Assembly: GCA_012295275.1 (NCBI GenBank)
Contig: CM022665.1
Coordinates: 20,832,001 to 20,896,000 of the forward strand
Origin: Chrysomallon squamiferum
Lineage: Eukaryota > Animalia > Mollusca
Length of the DNA stretch: 64,000 nucleotides
Direction of reading: 5' to 3'
Made by a program: the position numbers and the translations under genes. Positions 27,270 to 38,500 of this stretch are shown here, piece by piece; the first letter of the stretch is position 1, and every line of letters starts with the position of its first letter. Below the pieces are notes generated by a model that saw only the letters and a program-made list of their open reading frames with translations, was not told where the DNA came from and searched no databases.

Positions 27270-30200
27270 AAAAAATACAAATTTATAAAAATTGCAGTGA
27301 TCAAAATGAAATACCTCAGAAATAAATTCATTATTTCATTAAATGTCGAAAAAATATGGGGAAATAAAAATAAGAATAATATTAATTTAACAAAAGGTTC
27401 GGCGATTTTCGTTACTTTTTTTTTACTTTCAGTTTTTGATCTCAGTGTAAGCTGGTTTCACACTCTGGCTCTTGTAGTAGCCAGACTATTGTTGTTGTTA
27501 GATTTCACCATTTTTATTTTGCATATTTATTCTTGTTTACAGTAGTTTTTGTTTCTAGTTTTGAGTTTTTTTTTTTTTTTTTTTTTTTTGTTCTCCTGTT
27601 ACGAAATAAAACATTCCTAGTGCTTTTTTATTATTATTATTGGGTTCCACTCTTTTCCTGAGTGGACAAAATTTCATTCCTCAAACTGTTGCTCTTGCAT
27701 GTAAATAGATTATTTTTGTTTCCTAGCACTAAACCAGAGTTAGATTGGTATAAACCATAATCCCCTAATCTTTATTTCCCCACTGCTGACCTGGTTGATA
27801 CTAAAACATTCTATGTTCTTACTAATATTATTATTATTATAATTAACTTTTCTGTGATGGAATGGTGAAGTTTTGAAAAATCTGATATTGAAATGTAATG
27901 GTCTTTTAAATAAAATAATTTATAAATACAGGAATGAATGAATAAATAAATAAAGATATGAATGAATGAATAAATACTGAAAGAAGAATTAAAATGTAAT
28001 CAAAACTTCATGATTTATACTGTTAAAATTAAAAAATTAAAATTGTATTTTATATTCATCAAAATTCACAAACATAATTCTTCAAAAAAATAATAAATAA
28101 ATTAAAAAAGTAATAATAATAATAATAATAAAAAGAGTAACTATTTTTCTGGGGGTGGGTGGCAGTCTTTACATAGGGAGGCAGTTATTTATATAAATAA
28201 TTCATATAAAATGCTGTTTTAAATATTTTATTGAGCCAAATAAATTCTGTCTATGCAGCCTGTCTGAAAAAATAAAAATAAAATAAGATAAATAAAAATA
28301 CACAAAATTTTAAAAAGCCATCATAACTTGTATAATCATAATTTTTTTTTATTAACTACCATATTCTTAAATACACAGCATATATCAATAATAAAACTGA
28401 ATTAACATGTAAACTAAATTTAATAAATACTTTATCCTTGAAGTAACACAATCAGAGGAGCAGTTGTATTTAAAATTATTTGCAAGTAATACTTACATGA
28501 GTTTACTAGCTCTCTTTATATAAATATTATGTGACAATCATCAATGTATGTTTAAGGTATATATGTAAATAGATTAAACTTGATATTTGTGTAGTTTTTA
28601 TAAAACTGCATCAGTGAATTGTTAACAAAATTATTTATAAAATCTAGTGATGTAACTTAATTGAAATTCAAGTTACTAATTTGAGTTGATATTAAATAAT
28701 GTTAAGAAAACATTTATCTCTTTAGATAAGAACAGTTTAAAAAATTGATATTTAGTGATGTAACTTAAAACATAAGTGATTAATCTAGTTTTTATTCTTT
28801 AAATTAGGAAAACATTTAGCTGGATATCTGATAACAGAAATAATTTTTAAAAATTGATATTTAATGTTACAACTTTATTATAATGTCAGTTGTTAATCTG
28901 AACTGATAATTAAATACATTCATAAACATTTAGATGGATATCTTTACAGATAATTAAAAAAAAATTCATATCTTGCAATATAACTTAACCAAAACTTAAG
29001 TAATTGATCTGAGCTGATATTGTTTTAGATGGGTAGCTCTAGAGATATTAATAATTTCAAAACTGGTATCTAGTGATATAACTTAATTAAAATTTCAGTA
29101 ATTAATTGATATTAAATATTTTTGTTAGATACCTCTACATGTAACAATAATTAAAAGATTTAGTGACTACAATTCGGTGTTTCAGTGAGTCGGTAGTGTA
29201 GTCTTGTTTGTTTTTGTTTCTATGGCAGGAAAGAAATAATGACGCTAGCTATCTAGGTGTCACGAAGATGATGTTGAAGCAGGAAGAAAGTAAACTCATT
29301 AAATAACTGAGCTCTAACTGAAAACCAGCTCGTGTTTTTTTTATTTTTTTCTAAATATTCGTGTTGCGGTTTTAAATTTTAATAATCAGTTTGTAGGTGT
29401 TGTATATCTCTATTACTGAAATTTTTGTGTGGTGGTGGTTTTTTTTAAATTACTTATGTTTATAATCTTGTGTTCATAATGCATGTGTTTGTCTGCTTTC
29501 ACATTTCAGTCCCCCCTCCCCTCTCTGTCCCTGCCCATCAGCTACAGCCAAATAACCAGATTGTGAAAACATACCTGTTGGGCTTACCTTAATTTTATCA
29601 GTTTTTATAAAAATACATCAAGAAAAAGTATGTTAGTTTTTAAAATCATGGAATATTAGATTGGTAAATATCCTAAATATAAATAAATAAACAAATATTA
29701 AAAATAAAAAGGTTCCTTTTTGTTTGCATATTATCTGAGGAAAATTTAAATTGCAACAACAAGAAGAAATCAGAGATCAATTAATACTAGTAAATAAATT
29801 AAAACTGAATTAATTAGTTGGGTATGATACATAATTAATGTTTTGGAAACAAAGTAAAAGTGTAGGGTAATCCTTTCAAAATTGTTCTTTACTGTGAAAA
29901 AGTATTCTAACAGATACATTTCAAATTTAATTGCTTTTTTGGCCTGGTTTTTGATTAAAACATTTCTCCTGATATATAAACTAACAGTTCCACAGGTAGA
30001 GACTCACAGAGGTAGTAAACTGTCACTCTTAGACAATTAATCACCAAAATTAACAACTTAACACTCTAACAAACTCTGGAAAAGGCCAACCACATCAAAA
30101 ACTGTTGCCATAGTGATACCAGAAACAAAAAACATCAGATTGGGCGGCATTGTTGTGGTTGATCTTTGACACAGATCAGTTCAATTGGCTGTGATGAAAA

Positions 30201-30743
30201 AATGATCAAGATAGACTTGATCTGTCAAGGATATTTTTTTTTTCCCTCTTCATTTCATAATTTTATTTTATTTTACTTTACTTTAAACTGAATTTTTTCA
30301 GTAAATTCCACTGACCTTTGACCAGAACTTGACACAACTAATCAAAAAAAATAGACAATCAAATACTTAAGATAATGTTGTAACTGTTTTTGGGATGGTT
30401 TTTGCAGGTCTAACTTGTGTGTACATATGCATTAAAAAATGGTTCTGTGTCAAAGCTCAGTGGAATAACAGTGAAAAATGTTTATAACATTTTGTTTTTT
30501 TTAAATTTGACATTCTTTTAGCAAGAAAATGTCATTTTTTTTTTTTTTCTTATCTTTCCTTTTTCAAATTTTTCAAATTTTTTAATTTTTTAATTTTTTT
30601 TTTGTGATGTATATATATATATATATATATATATTCTCATCTCTGAGCATCTTGGAATTGTTTTAGGTGCAGTACCAAAAATGAGAAGGACTTTGTCGGG
30701 TGTTAGAGAACACCCTTATACAAGGGTGACAACTCTCCCTTGA
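5223..30743 (+). CDS. QKI: Quaking/How STAR-family KH RNA-binding protein, 5'-partial multi-exon gene. Long isoform joins 5223-5353, 8797-8913, 10227-10370, (21040-21139 or 21199-21316), 26536-26805, 30667-30743
   Basis: Spliced translation gives the KH domain ([12 protein letters not shown]...[14 protein letters not shown]), QUA2 (LKKxQLMELAIxNGTYRD), the Tyr-rich tail ([15 protein letters not shown]) and the RxHPY tail. All junctions are GT-AG and phase-compatible. The QUA1 exon is not in the window. Confidence 0.96.
5345..6070. repeat. Degenerate tandem array (about 60 bp) starting at the exon donor
   Basis: Recurrent ttcacatttt..aa..a..tt.att.cattcacaccc. Confidence 0.75.
8797..8913 (+). 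CDS. QKI: QKI KH exon: [39 protein letters not shown]
   Basis: 117 nt, phase 0-0, tttcag acceptor and AAG|gtaatt donor. Contains the GXXG loop (GPRG). Missed by the ORF track. Confidence 0.97.
10227..10370 (+). CDS. QKI: QKI KH exon: [48 protein letters not shown]
   Basis: 144 nt, phase 0-0, ttgcag acceptor and GCA|gtaagt donor. Confidence 0.97.
10350..10680. repeat. Degenerate tandem array starting at the exon donor
   Basis: Recurrent gtctttt...tctgattcat.tatac...aaaacaatctgattaca. Confidence 0.7.
17670..18300. repeat. Degenerate intronic tandem array
   Basis: Recurrent tttatgcttatcacttag..aaatag..ttaacacctagc..aattat.tggaactatactaaaactaaaa. Confidence 0.8.
20480..21035. repeat. A-rich degenerate tandem array (aaagaatgatggttgt) abutting the QUA2-A acceptor
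   Basis: More than 10 variants of aaagaatgatggttgt(gtatt). Confidence 0.75.
21040..21139 (+). CDS. QKI: QKI QUA2 exon copy A: [33 protein letters not shown] (mutually exclusive candidate)
   Basis: ttacag acceptor, C|gtaagt donor, 100 nt, phase 0-1, open frame with a canonical QUA2 motif. Not in the ORF track. Confidence 0.9.
21199..21316 (+). CDS. QKI: QKI QUA2 exon copy B: [39 protein letters not shown] (mutually exclusive candidate)
   Basis: tttttcag acceptor, C|gtaagt donor, 118 nt, phase 0-1. Confidence 0.93.
23700..24020. repeat. Minisatellite-like array (ttagatact.ttctgta.at)
   Basis: About 10 degenerate copies of a 20-30 bp unit. Confidence 0.75.
24145..24365. repeat. Minisatellite, about 40-bp unit (tgatgtaactca.gtatggaccacacttgagtaacatggac)
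   Basis: 5-6 degenerate copies directly upstream of the candidate cassette exon. Confidence 0.8.
24419..24505 (+). CDS. QKI: Candidate 87-nt QKI cassette exon (P)[28 protein letters not shown] with a GC donor
   Basis: GC-rich island in an AT-rich intron. ACTAAC branch point at 24395-24400, first downstream AG at 24417-24418, phase 1-1, stop-free, donor CAG|gcaaga. Confidence 0.6.
26536..26805 (+). CDS. QKI: QKI Pro/Tyr-rich exon: MPRLITPAQ...[30 protein letters not shown]
   Basis: 270 nt, phase 1-1, ttcag acceptor and G|gtatgt donor. Resembles the QKI tyrosine cluster (GLIYTPYEYPYTLAP..ILEYP). Confidence 0.95.
28580..29170. repeat. Degenerate tandem repeat, about 110-bp unit
   Basis: Recurrent aaaattgatat.tagtgatgtaacttaa...taatct.ag.tgatatt...aaacatttag.tggatatct. 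Confidence 0.7.
30667..30743 (+). CDS. QKI: QKI long-isoform tail exon: [25 protein letters not shown]
   Basis: ttttag acceptor, phase 1. RxHPY.R nuclear-localisation motif typical of QKI-5 and How(L). Confidence 0.92.
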
Positions 30744-31323
30744 ATGTTAAAAAAAAAAGAAAAAGGTTAGTTTTATTGCTGTTGTTGTTTTTGTTATTTT
30801 TTGTCACTGGAATATTAATTCTTCTTTTTATCAAAATATGTGTTACGATCAATCGTACACACATTTGGTGCAGGCATCATGTTTTTATTTTTTGTTGATT
30901 AATTTACACTTTATTTTCAGAAAGATTTTGGTAACCTGAACTAGCTGATCATTTAGTTTATTAGTTGTTGTAGATTTAGCTTTTTGAATAAGATAAACTT
31001 AAATTTTGTTAAATTTGAGAGAATTTAATTTGCAACATTTATTTCAGAACTGAAATTACAGAAGCATATATTTTGCCCCCAAAATAAACAGAAATAATTA
31101 ATAAACATGTTTAAAGAATATAAAATAACAAAAAAGTCTGGAATTGTATTAAGAAAGAAAATAAGCAATTTTTATTATTATAATTTTTTTTTATATATTT
31201 AAAATAAAATTAATAAATTCAGATAAATAAGATTTGTTGTAATCTGGGAAATACTTTTTCTGATTTGGATACAGTAGTAAAACCAATTTGTTTTAGAAAT
31301 ATGCATAATAGCTTTTATCAGAC

Positions 31324-31362
<39 letters not shown>

Positions 31363-33025
31363 CTTTTTCAAGAGACACACCCGATTGATATAATGCCAAT
31401 AAAAAAAAAATGATGATAAAACTGATATTTTCAATATAGAAGGACAAAAGCAATGTTGTTATTTGCACTTAATTAAAGCAATATATTCTAAAATGCAGTG
31501 TTATCATTAGCAATAAAATAATTAAATACGCAAAATGCCCTATTGTTCCTTACAGCAATAAAACTGTTTGTTTTTAGAAATACATGCAGAATGTTAATGT
31601 TAGCTGTTACATTTTGTTAGATTTGTTGTTGTTGAAAAAAAGCAAAAAAAAAAGCAATTCATGGATCGCTCTGAAATCCTTTTATTTTTATTTTTTTTCT
31701 GAGTGCATTTATTTATGCTTTTATGTGGAAATTTTATTTTTACCATTATTTTGTACGAAGAATAATTTTTATATATATATATATATATATTTTTATTTGA
31801 ACATAATTTTATATTCATTATAGACTTTTAAGTTTTCAGTTGTGTTGAATGTGATAATGTTGTTAGATTGTGAATTAAGTTTTATGCTCAGTCATAAATT
31901 GAAAAGATTCTTAAATATTATTTTTGTTAAATCAGCTGTTAATGTATTTTATATGTATAAATATATATTATATTGTGTGTGTGCATGTGTGCGTGTCTGT
32001 TAAGTACATTTTCACTTTGATTTATCTATTTCATCTATTCATCTCTATTACTATTATTATTGTCATTTGATTTTAAACAAATAAAGCAGTGCATAGTGTT
32101 TCTTCAAAAAAAAAAAAAAAAAAAAAATTAAAACTATTGATTTGGACATTGAAATTTCTAAATAAGTATTAAATATAAAACAAAGGTTTGTTCATTTCTC
32201 TTTCAAAATAGACCAACAAATATAAAAAAAAAATAAAAAATAAAAATAAAAAGTGAAATAAAAAATAAAAATAAAAAGTGAAATAAAAATAACAATACAT
32301 GCCTTTGCATTTACCTTTAGCTGGTTTTTTCAATCGAAATAATAAAATCAGTTTTTAAGTTCATGACAGTATAATTTTATGTTTTAAAATTGACTTTTAT
32401 TCTCAAAATAATAAATTACAACTCTATCTTGCCATTTGTGTAATAATCCTTAAAGCATCAGTATTAAATCAGATTGTTTATAAATGTGCCTAGCAAGTTT
32501 TTAATGTTTTTTTTATAATTTATTGTTTACACTATTTAAATTTATATATATATATTTTTTTTTATATGTAGTAAATAGTAAACAGTTTATTGTCATGCAG
32601 TGAATAATGGAACTTGAATGCAATCAACAAATCAGTTTTATTTTCAACTGGTTAAACTCCTTGGTATTATTGTAGTAGTAAAAGAAATTAAAAAGCAACA
32701 TATATTTATTGCTAAAAGTGTGATCAAGTGTTCCAGTGCTAAAGAAGTTTATAAAACATTTTTATACTGACAATTTTAATTAGTGTTTAAAAAACAAATC
32801 ATTAAACCCCCCTCCCAAAAAAAAAAATCAGTGTAAATAATGGTTTCATCCATTCATATAAATGTCATCTTTAAGAAAGTATAAATTGTAGGTGTTATTT
32901 TGTTATTTCTATTTTTAATGTATTAGAGACATGGTCTCACTTCGTACAAATTTTATTTTAATTTGAATATCTGTATTTTGATAGGTATTACAAATTCTTT
33001 TTAGAGTAAGGGCTTGAGTGTAGAT

Positions 33026-33061
<36 letters not shown>

Positions 33062-34160
33062 TAAAATGAAGTGCTATTTTTATGAAAACCAGTAAATATT
33101 ATACAATAAATGATGACTCTATTCAGGCATGACAACGGTGTAGATGTTGTTTAAGACATCTGACGATGTGCAATTACTGTGTGTATGTAGTTGAGAATAA
33201 AGCACAACATGCCAAAGCAAGACAGATTTTGTTGCGTTTTTCCCTCAAATTACAACACACCGCTGTTAATCCTTTTTAAAAAGTCTGGAAATATTTGTTG
33301 TTAATAAAATTACACATGTAAGAAAGAAAAAAAAAAATTATAAAAAATGTATGGTTAAAATATTTAGTCATCTTCAGCGATGAACAAAAACCACAACATT
33401 AACAAATAATATATATAAATAAATAAAAAAAATAATTGCCAAAAACCATTTTCATTAAGTATTTTACCTTGAAATGATTAACCAAAAAAATAAATTAAAA
33501 AAAACCCCCAAAAACCAACAACAAAACAACAAAACAACAAAAAAATCACAATAATAATAATAATAAAATTAATAAATAATAAGACTGAAAAAACAAAAAC
33601 AAATATTAAAATAAAAAATTTAATTTAGATTATAATGAATAGTTTAGTTTGACACAGGTATATTTCAAACCAAATTTCTAGATCTATTAGCTAATTTATA
33701 ATTATATGGAATATTAGAAAATTACTTGTGGATCTGGTGGACAGTAGTTCAGTTCACATAACATATTCCTTGTACAAAGGAGTAAACAAACTGCACCAAA
33801 CAGAAAAACCTAACTTTTAGTTTAATATTTTAACATGCTTGATCTTAGCATGTGTGATAATTTGCACACCTCATAGTAATATCACAGTATATTTTGTATA
33901 TATATATATATATATATGATACATGTAATTAAATAATAATTTTTAATTTTTTTTTTAATCTATTTTCATCTTATTAACCCTAATTGTGCTAACATTTGCT
34001 GTTTCATGCTACAAATGTCTTATTTCCTAGTGACACTTTTTAATTACTATTTGCTAAATAACATCTTTGGCTATATTTTGTTATGAAGAATCAGTATGCC
34101 ATTTCTAGAACTGTTTTTACATCAAAAGCTCTTTTGTGGCAGGAAAAAGTAAAAAATAAC

Positions 34161-34199
<39 letters not shown>

Positions 34200-34367
34200 A
34201 ATAAGAGAAAAAAAAAAAGCTGTAGTCTCATTTTTAATAAACTGTTTATTAATATTTAATACTTTAACTTTTTAGAAGAAAGGAATGTCACATATTTGTT
34301 GCTTCACAAATTCCTCTAACTAACAAAGGCAGCACAATGAGGGTTAACAAGGCCTAGAATTAATGAC

Positions 34368-34419
<52 letters not shown>

Positions 34420-34494
34420 TCTTATGAGAATGCCATTGTTTAGCAAACAAACTAACTCTTTCTTGTTTTTTTCTTTTTTTCACTTTAACCCCAG

Positions 34495-34508
34495 CCATCG
34501 CCAACTAA
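34495..34508 (+). CDS. QKI: Start of the distal terminal exon. Codes (A)IAN* if joined to the 26805 donor, otherwise it is 3' UTR
   Basis: ACTAAC at 34451, long pyrimidine tract, cccag acceptor. G|CC ATC GCC AAC TAA resembles the QKI-5 ending AATGN*. Confidence 0.65.
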
Positions 34509-34739
34509 CCCGAACTGGTCACATAAAGCCTGATACCTGTACCTGCGTTGACTGTCGGCTAGCTGATTGATTGACCCGTCCATGTGGTAACATCACCTTT
34601 GTATGACCTATTCAGTATTAATTGGAACCAGGCAACAATGCAACTAACAACGAAAAAAAAAAAAAAAAAAAAAAAAATTGAAATGGAGAGGGGGATGGCT
34701 ATTCTCAAAACAAGTTGGCGGTTTTTTTTTTTTTTTAAT

Positions 34740-34782
<43 letters not shown>

Positions 34783-35470
34783 AAAATCACCATGTGCCTT
34801 CTATTCTTTAACCGCTTGATGGTACTAACGTTTGTGTGTGCGTGTGTGAGTGTACTCGTTGACATCGGCCTGCAGCAGCATATCAACATCTGTCACAACA
34901 ACAACAACAATTTTAGTTTATTTTGGAACACTGTGTGATAAAAACGCACATGATTTGATTAAGTTTGTTTCTAAATTTTATTTTTAATTATTTTTGTTTT
35001 TCAAATTTCTTTTCACTTTTTTTTTTTTTTATTTCTTGTGTGCTGAAGTTTGGTTGTTGCTGGCAGGTTATTATTACTGTATATTAATTAACTAATTAAC
35101 TGACATTTTTAAAAATATTTTTTCTTGTAACATACATATATATTATTGTTAACAGGACACGATTTTTAGTCCATAATTATCATTTTTCATATTACTACTG
35201 TTACTAGTATTATTACTGTATTATTATTATTTTGATAATAATTTTTTTAATAATTTATTTTATTATTATAATTATTATTTTATTATTTTTTGGTTTGCTT
35301 CATACTCAATATTGGTTTCATGTCTGCCTGGTTATTTGCCATGGTAACAGCTCAATTTGATATTAGTTTGCTTTTTCTTTTGATTTTATTGTTTTTAAAA
35401 ATATTTTTACCTCATGTTTAATAATTTGGGACACAGTGCTTAATCTGTTACATATATTTGCTAAAAATAC

Positions 35471-35504
<34 letters not shown>

Positions 35505-38500
35505 GTTGAATCATTACAGCAACATGTTAAATCTGACAGTATAAGTTGTATACACCATCTGTTGTCTAATTTCATGTGTTACCAAATCTCACAACATATG
35601 TTATTTACAATTTCATATGTTGTCAGATCTCACAGTATATGTTGTCTGATCTCTCAACAGATATTTACAATTTCATGTGTGTTTGGTTTCACAACACAGT
35701 TATGGCCTCAACATATATTGTCAGATCTTTCATCATCTGATAAAGTGTTTGCTGATTCAGTTAGACTTTAATTTTCTCTAATTTCGGAAACCTGCTAAAA
35801 TTAGTTTGTAGATATTTAAAATTGTTTATTCATGTTTTTTTTTTTTATCTCATTTAATCAGAAATTAGTTTTGAAATGAACAAACACTCATTATGTTTCT
35901 TAAACAAATTTTGCTCAGTTTTTTTTAGTTTTTTTAGTTTTTTTAAATGTAATTTTTTCCCCCCCAACACTATTATTGTGCTGTTTTGTCAGAGTAATGT
36001 TTTCAGAATCTCTGATTCTGGAGAGAAAGGGTGAACATAGGTCAGTTCCTTTCTTGTTTATGCATATTGGTGCCTGTCGAATTAGGCTGTTAGATACCAA
36101 GCACACATATCTGTATTATATTAATATTTTTTGTTAACCATATCGATTAACATAACTTTGTCTAATGATGCAAGAATGAAAACATATCTTTTTTTTTTCA
36201 TTTTTAACACTACAACTTAAATTAAGGCCACAAAAATGAGGCCAGTTGGCCTGATCTATGCAAAAATCAAACATCTTCCGATGCCTTTGATCAAAGTGCT
36301 TTTATACTTTTTATTTTTAAATTTGGTTTAGTGTTTTAATAGGGCTTTCATACTTAAGTCACACAGAGGTACTGCTCTCAGGGTGATTAACTAACTCCAT
36401 AATAATGGATATACATACATTTCTTTCTTTCTTTTTGATGTTAAAATTTTTGTTATTTCCTGGAGACTGCAAAATGTTTTGAAATAAAATTATTTGAGAA
36501 AGCTTTATAAGCTGGGAAAGGAATTAATTTAAAATATAAGTATATATATAAAAATAATCAAGTAAATAAAGAGCCGTTTACTCCGTATCTTTTTATTTTA
36601 ATTTTTTTTTTTTAAGTTTAAAAAAATTAAAATGCCAAAATGTATTTTTGTTACTCAAGAAAAACAATTTTGTACGTTAGTTTTGTATGTGTATATATAA
36701 CTATAAATGTTGATGGTGAATATTTTTATAGAGTTTACTTAGGATTATGTTTTATGAATTTAGATTTGAAAGATGAACATAATCATGTTTTTGTGAGTGA
36801 TGGCCTTCACAGAATTTCACAACAGTGAACATATAATTTTGAAGGCGGTAACTAACATGTATGTATTTGTTTGATTATGTAAAGGGAATTAACTCATTTG
36901 TACATTATGAAGGGAAGTAACTTGTTTTGAATATTGTAAAGGGAAGTGATTCATTATGAATATTGTAAAGGGAAGTGATTCATTATGAATATTGTAAAGG
37001 GAAGCAACTCTTTTTGAACATTGTATAGGGAAGCAATTCTTTTTGAACATTGTATAGGGAAGCAACTTGTTTTGAATATTGTATATCATGAAGGAGAGTC
37101 ATTAGTCTGCCTTTTATAAAGGGAGGTAATGTTTGTAAAAGTGAAATAACCCAGTAGTTAAAGGAAAATAACTCATGAACCTGTACATACTCAGCTGTTT
37201 CCCAGATCATATCTTAATTCACTCACAACTAAATTACTGTAACGTTCATCACAGACACTTTTATTTTATTTTTTTTAATTCTATTTTATGCAGTCTTGTT
37301 GTTTGAGCATGTACCATTTGCTAAAAACCATATTGGTTTTTCTTTATATAAAAATATTTTAGACTAACAGTCTGAGTAGAGAGCAGTTTTAGATATCATA
37401 ATATTGAGCAAACTCATCTCAATTTTTTATTCATTTAATTACAAATGAAATGCCAAGAATTTCATTCAGATTTGTTAAAATTTTTAGACCTTTAGAGATA
37501 AGTTCATTGGAAAATTCTGTGGAAAAAGAAGTATAGACAAATTTTTTTAGTTTAGTTTTCTGAACAATATTCTGTAGTTAATTAAACAATAAAGATTTTT
37601 ATTATTATTATTATTATTTAATTAATCATTTATTTACAAGAAAGATGAAAATTATAATGTTTGAGAGAAAATATTTTCACTCCTGTATTATTATTTTTTT
37701 TTCATCTTCTCTGTTTTTCAACACCTGATTTATATAGAAACTGTCCTTTTAGTGTTCTAAGCATATCATGCTGATTGATATTTTTAAATGTGTTCATTTA
37801 GGTCATTTACATAATTTTACATAACATATATGAGATTTTCTGTTGTTGATGATTTAATAGTTAATATACAAATTACTTATTTAAATTTCTAATAATTTAC
37901 AAATGTTACCAGAATTTTAAAAGAAGAAAAAAGTTGTTTTCTCTAAAATAAAAATTGATTTGATAACTTTAAATTTAATTATTATATAAATTGTCAACAT
38001 TCACTAAAATTAGTGGTAACAATTGTTTAACACCCTTTTAACTGGCAGTCAGACTTTCAAAATGCACCAAAATGTTAACTGTATGAAACAAACAACCATA
38101 ACTACAATAATTTTTAATAATTTAGTATTCAGTTTTGATCATTTTGATAAATTAATTGCTATGCATAATTTCAATGATTTTTTATTTATTTATTTACTTA
38201 TATATGAAGTGATGAACGTTACATTATAGTTTGCTCATGTAAAATTAAAACTTTGTTGTAGGGATAAAACTTTAACAATTACAGAGCTTCCAGCATGAGA
38301 GAAAAATTAACACTTGTCATTACTGCTTAACTGTCTTTCTACTGCACAAATGGGGTCATGGTCAAAGCTTTCTAAACAAAGGTCATCAAATTAATAAATA
38401 AAAAATGTTGTCCGTAGAGAAGATACTAACAATTTTTAAATTATTTTTATAAAACGGTACTTTTTTTTTTTTTTTGGAAATGTTATCTCAGATTTTAAAT

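Noticed and set aside
36870-37085. Regular ~30-bp repeats (also 24145-24365) as a CRISPR array
   Set aside because: Head-to-tail minisatellites without unique spacers, in a eukaryotic context with no cas genes.
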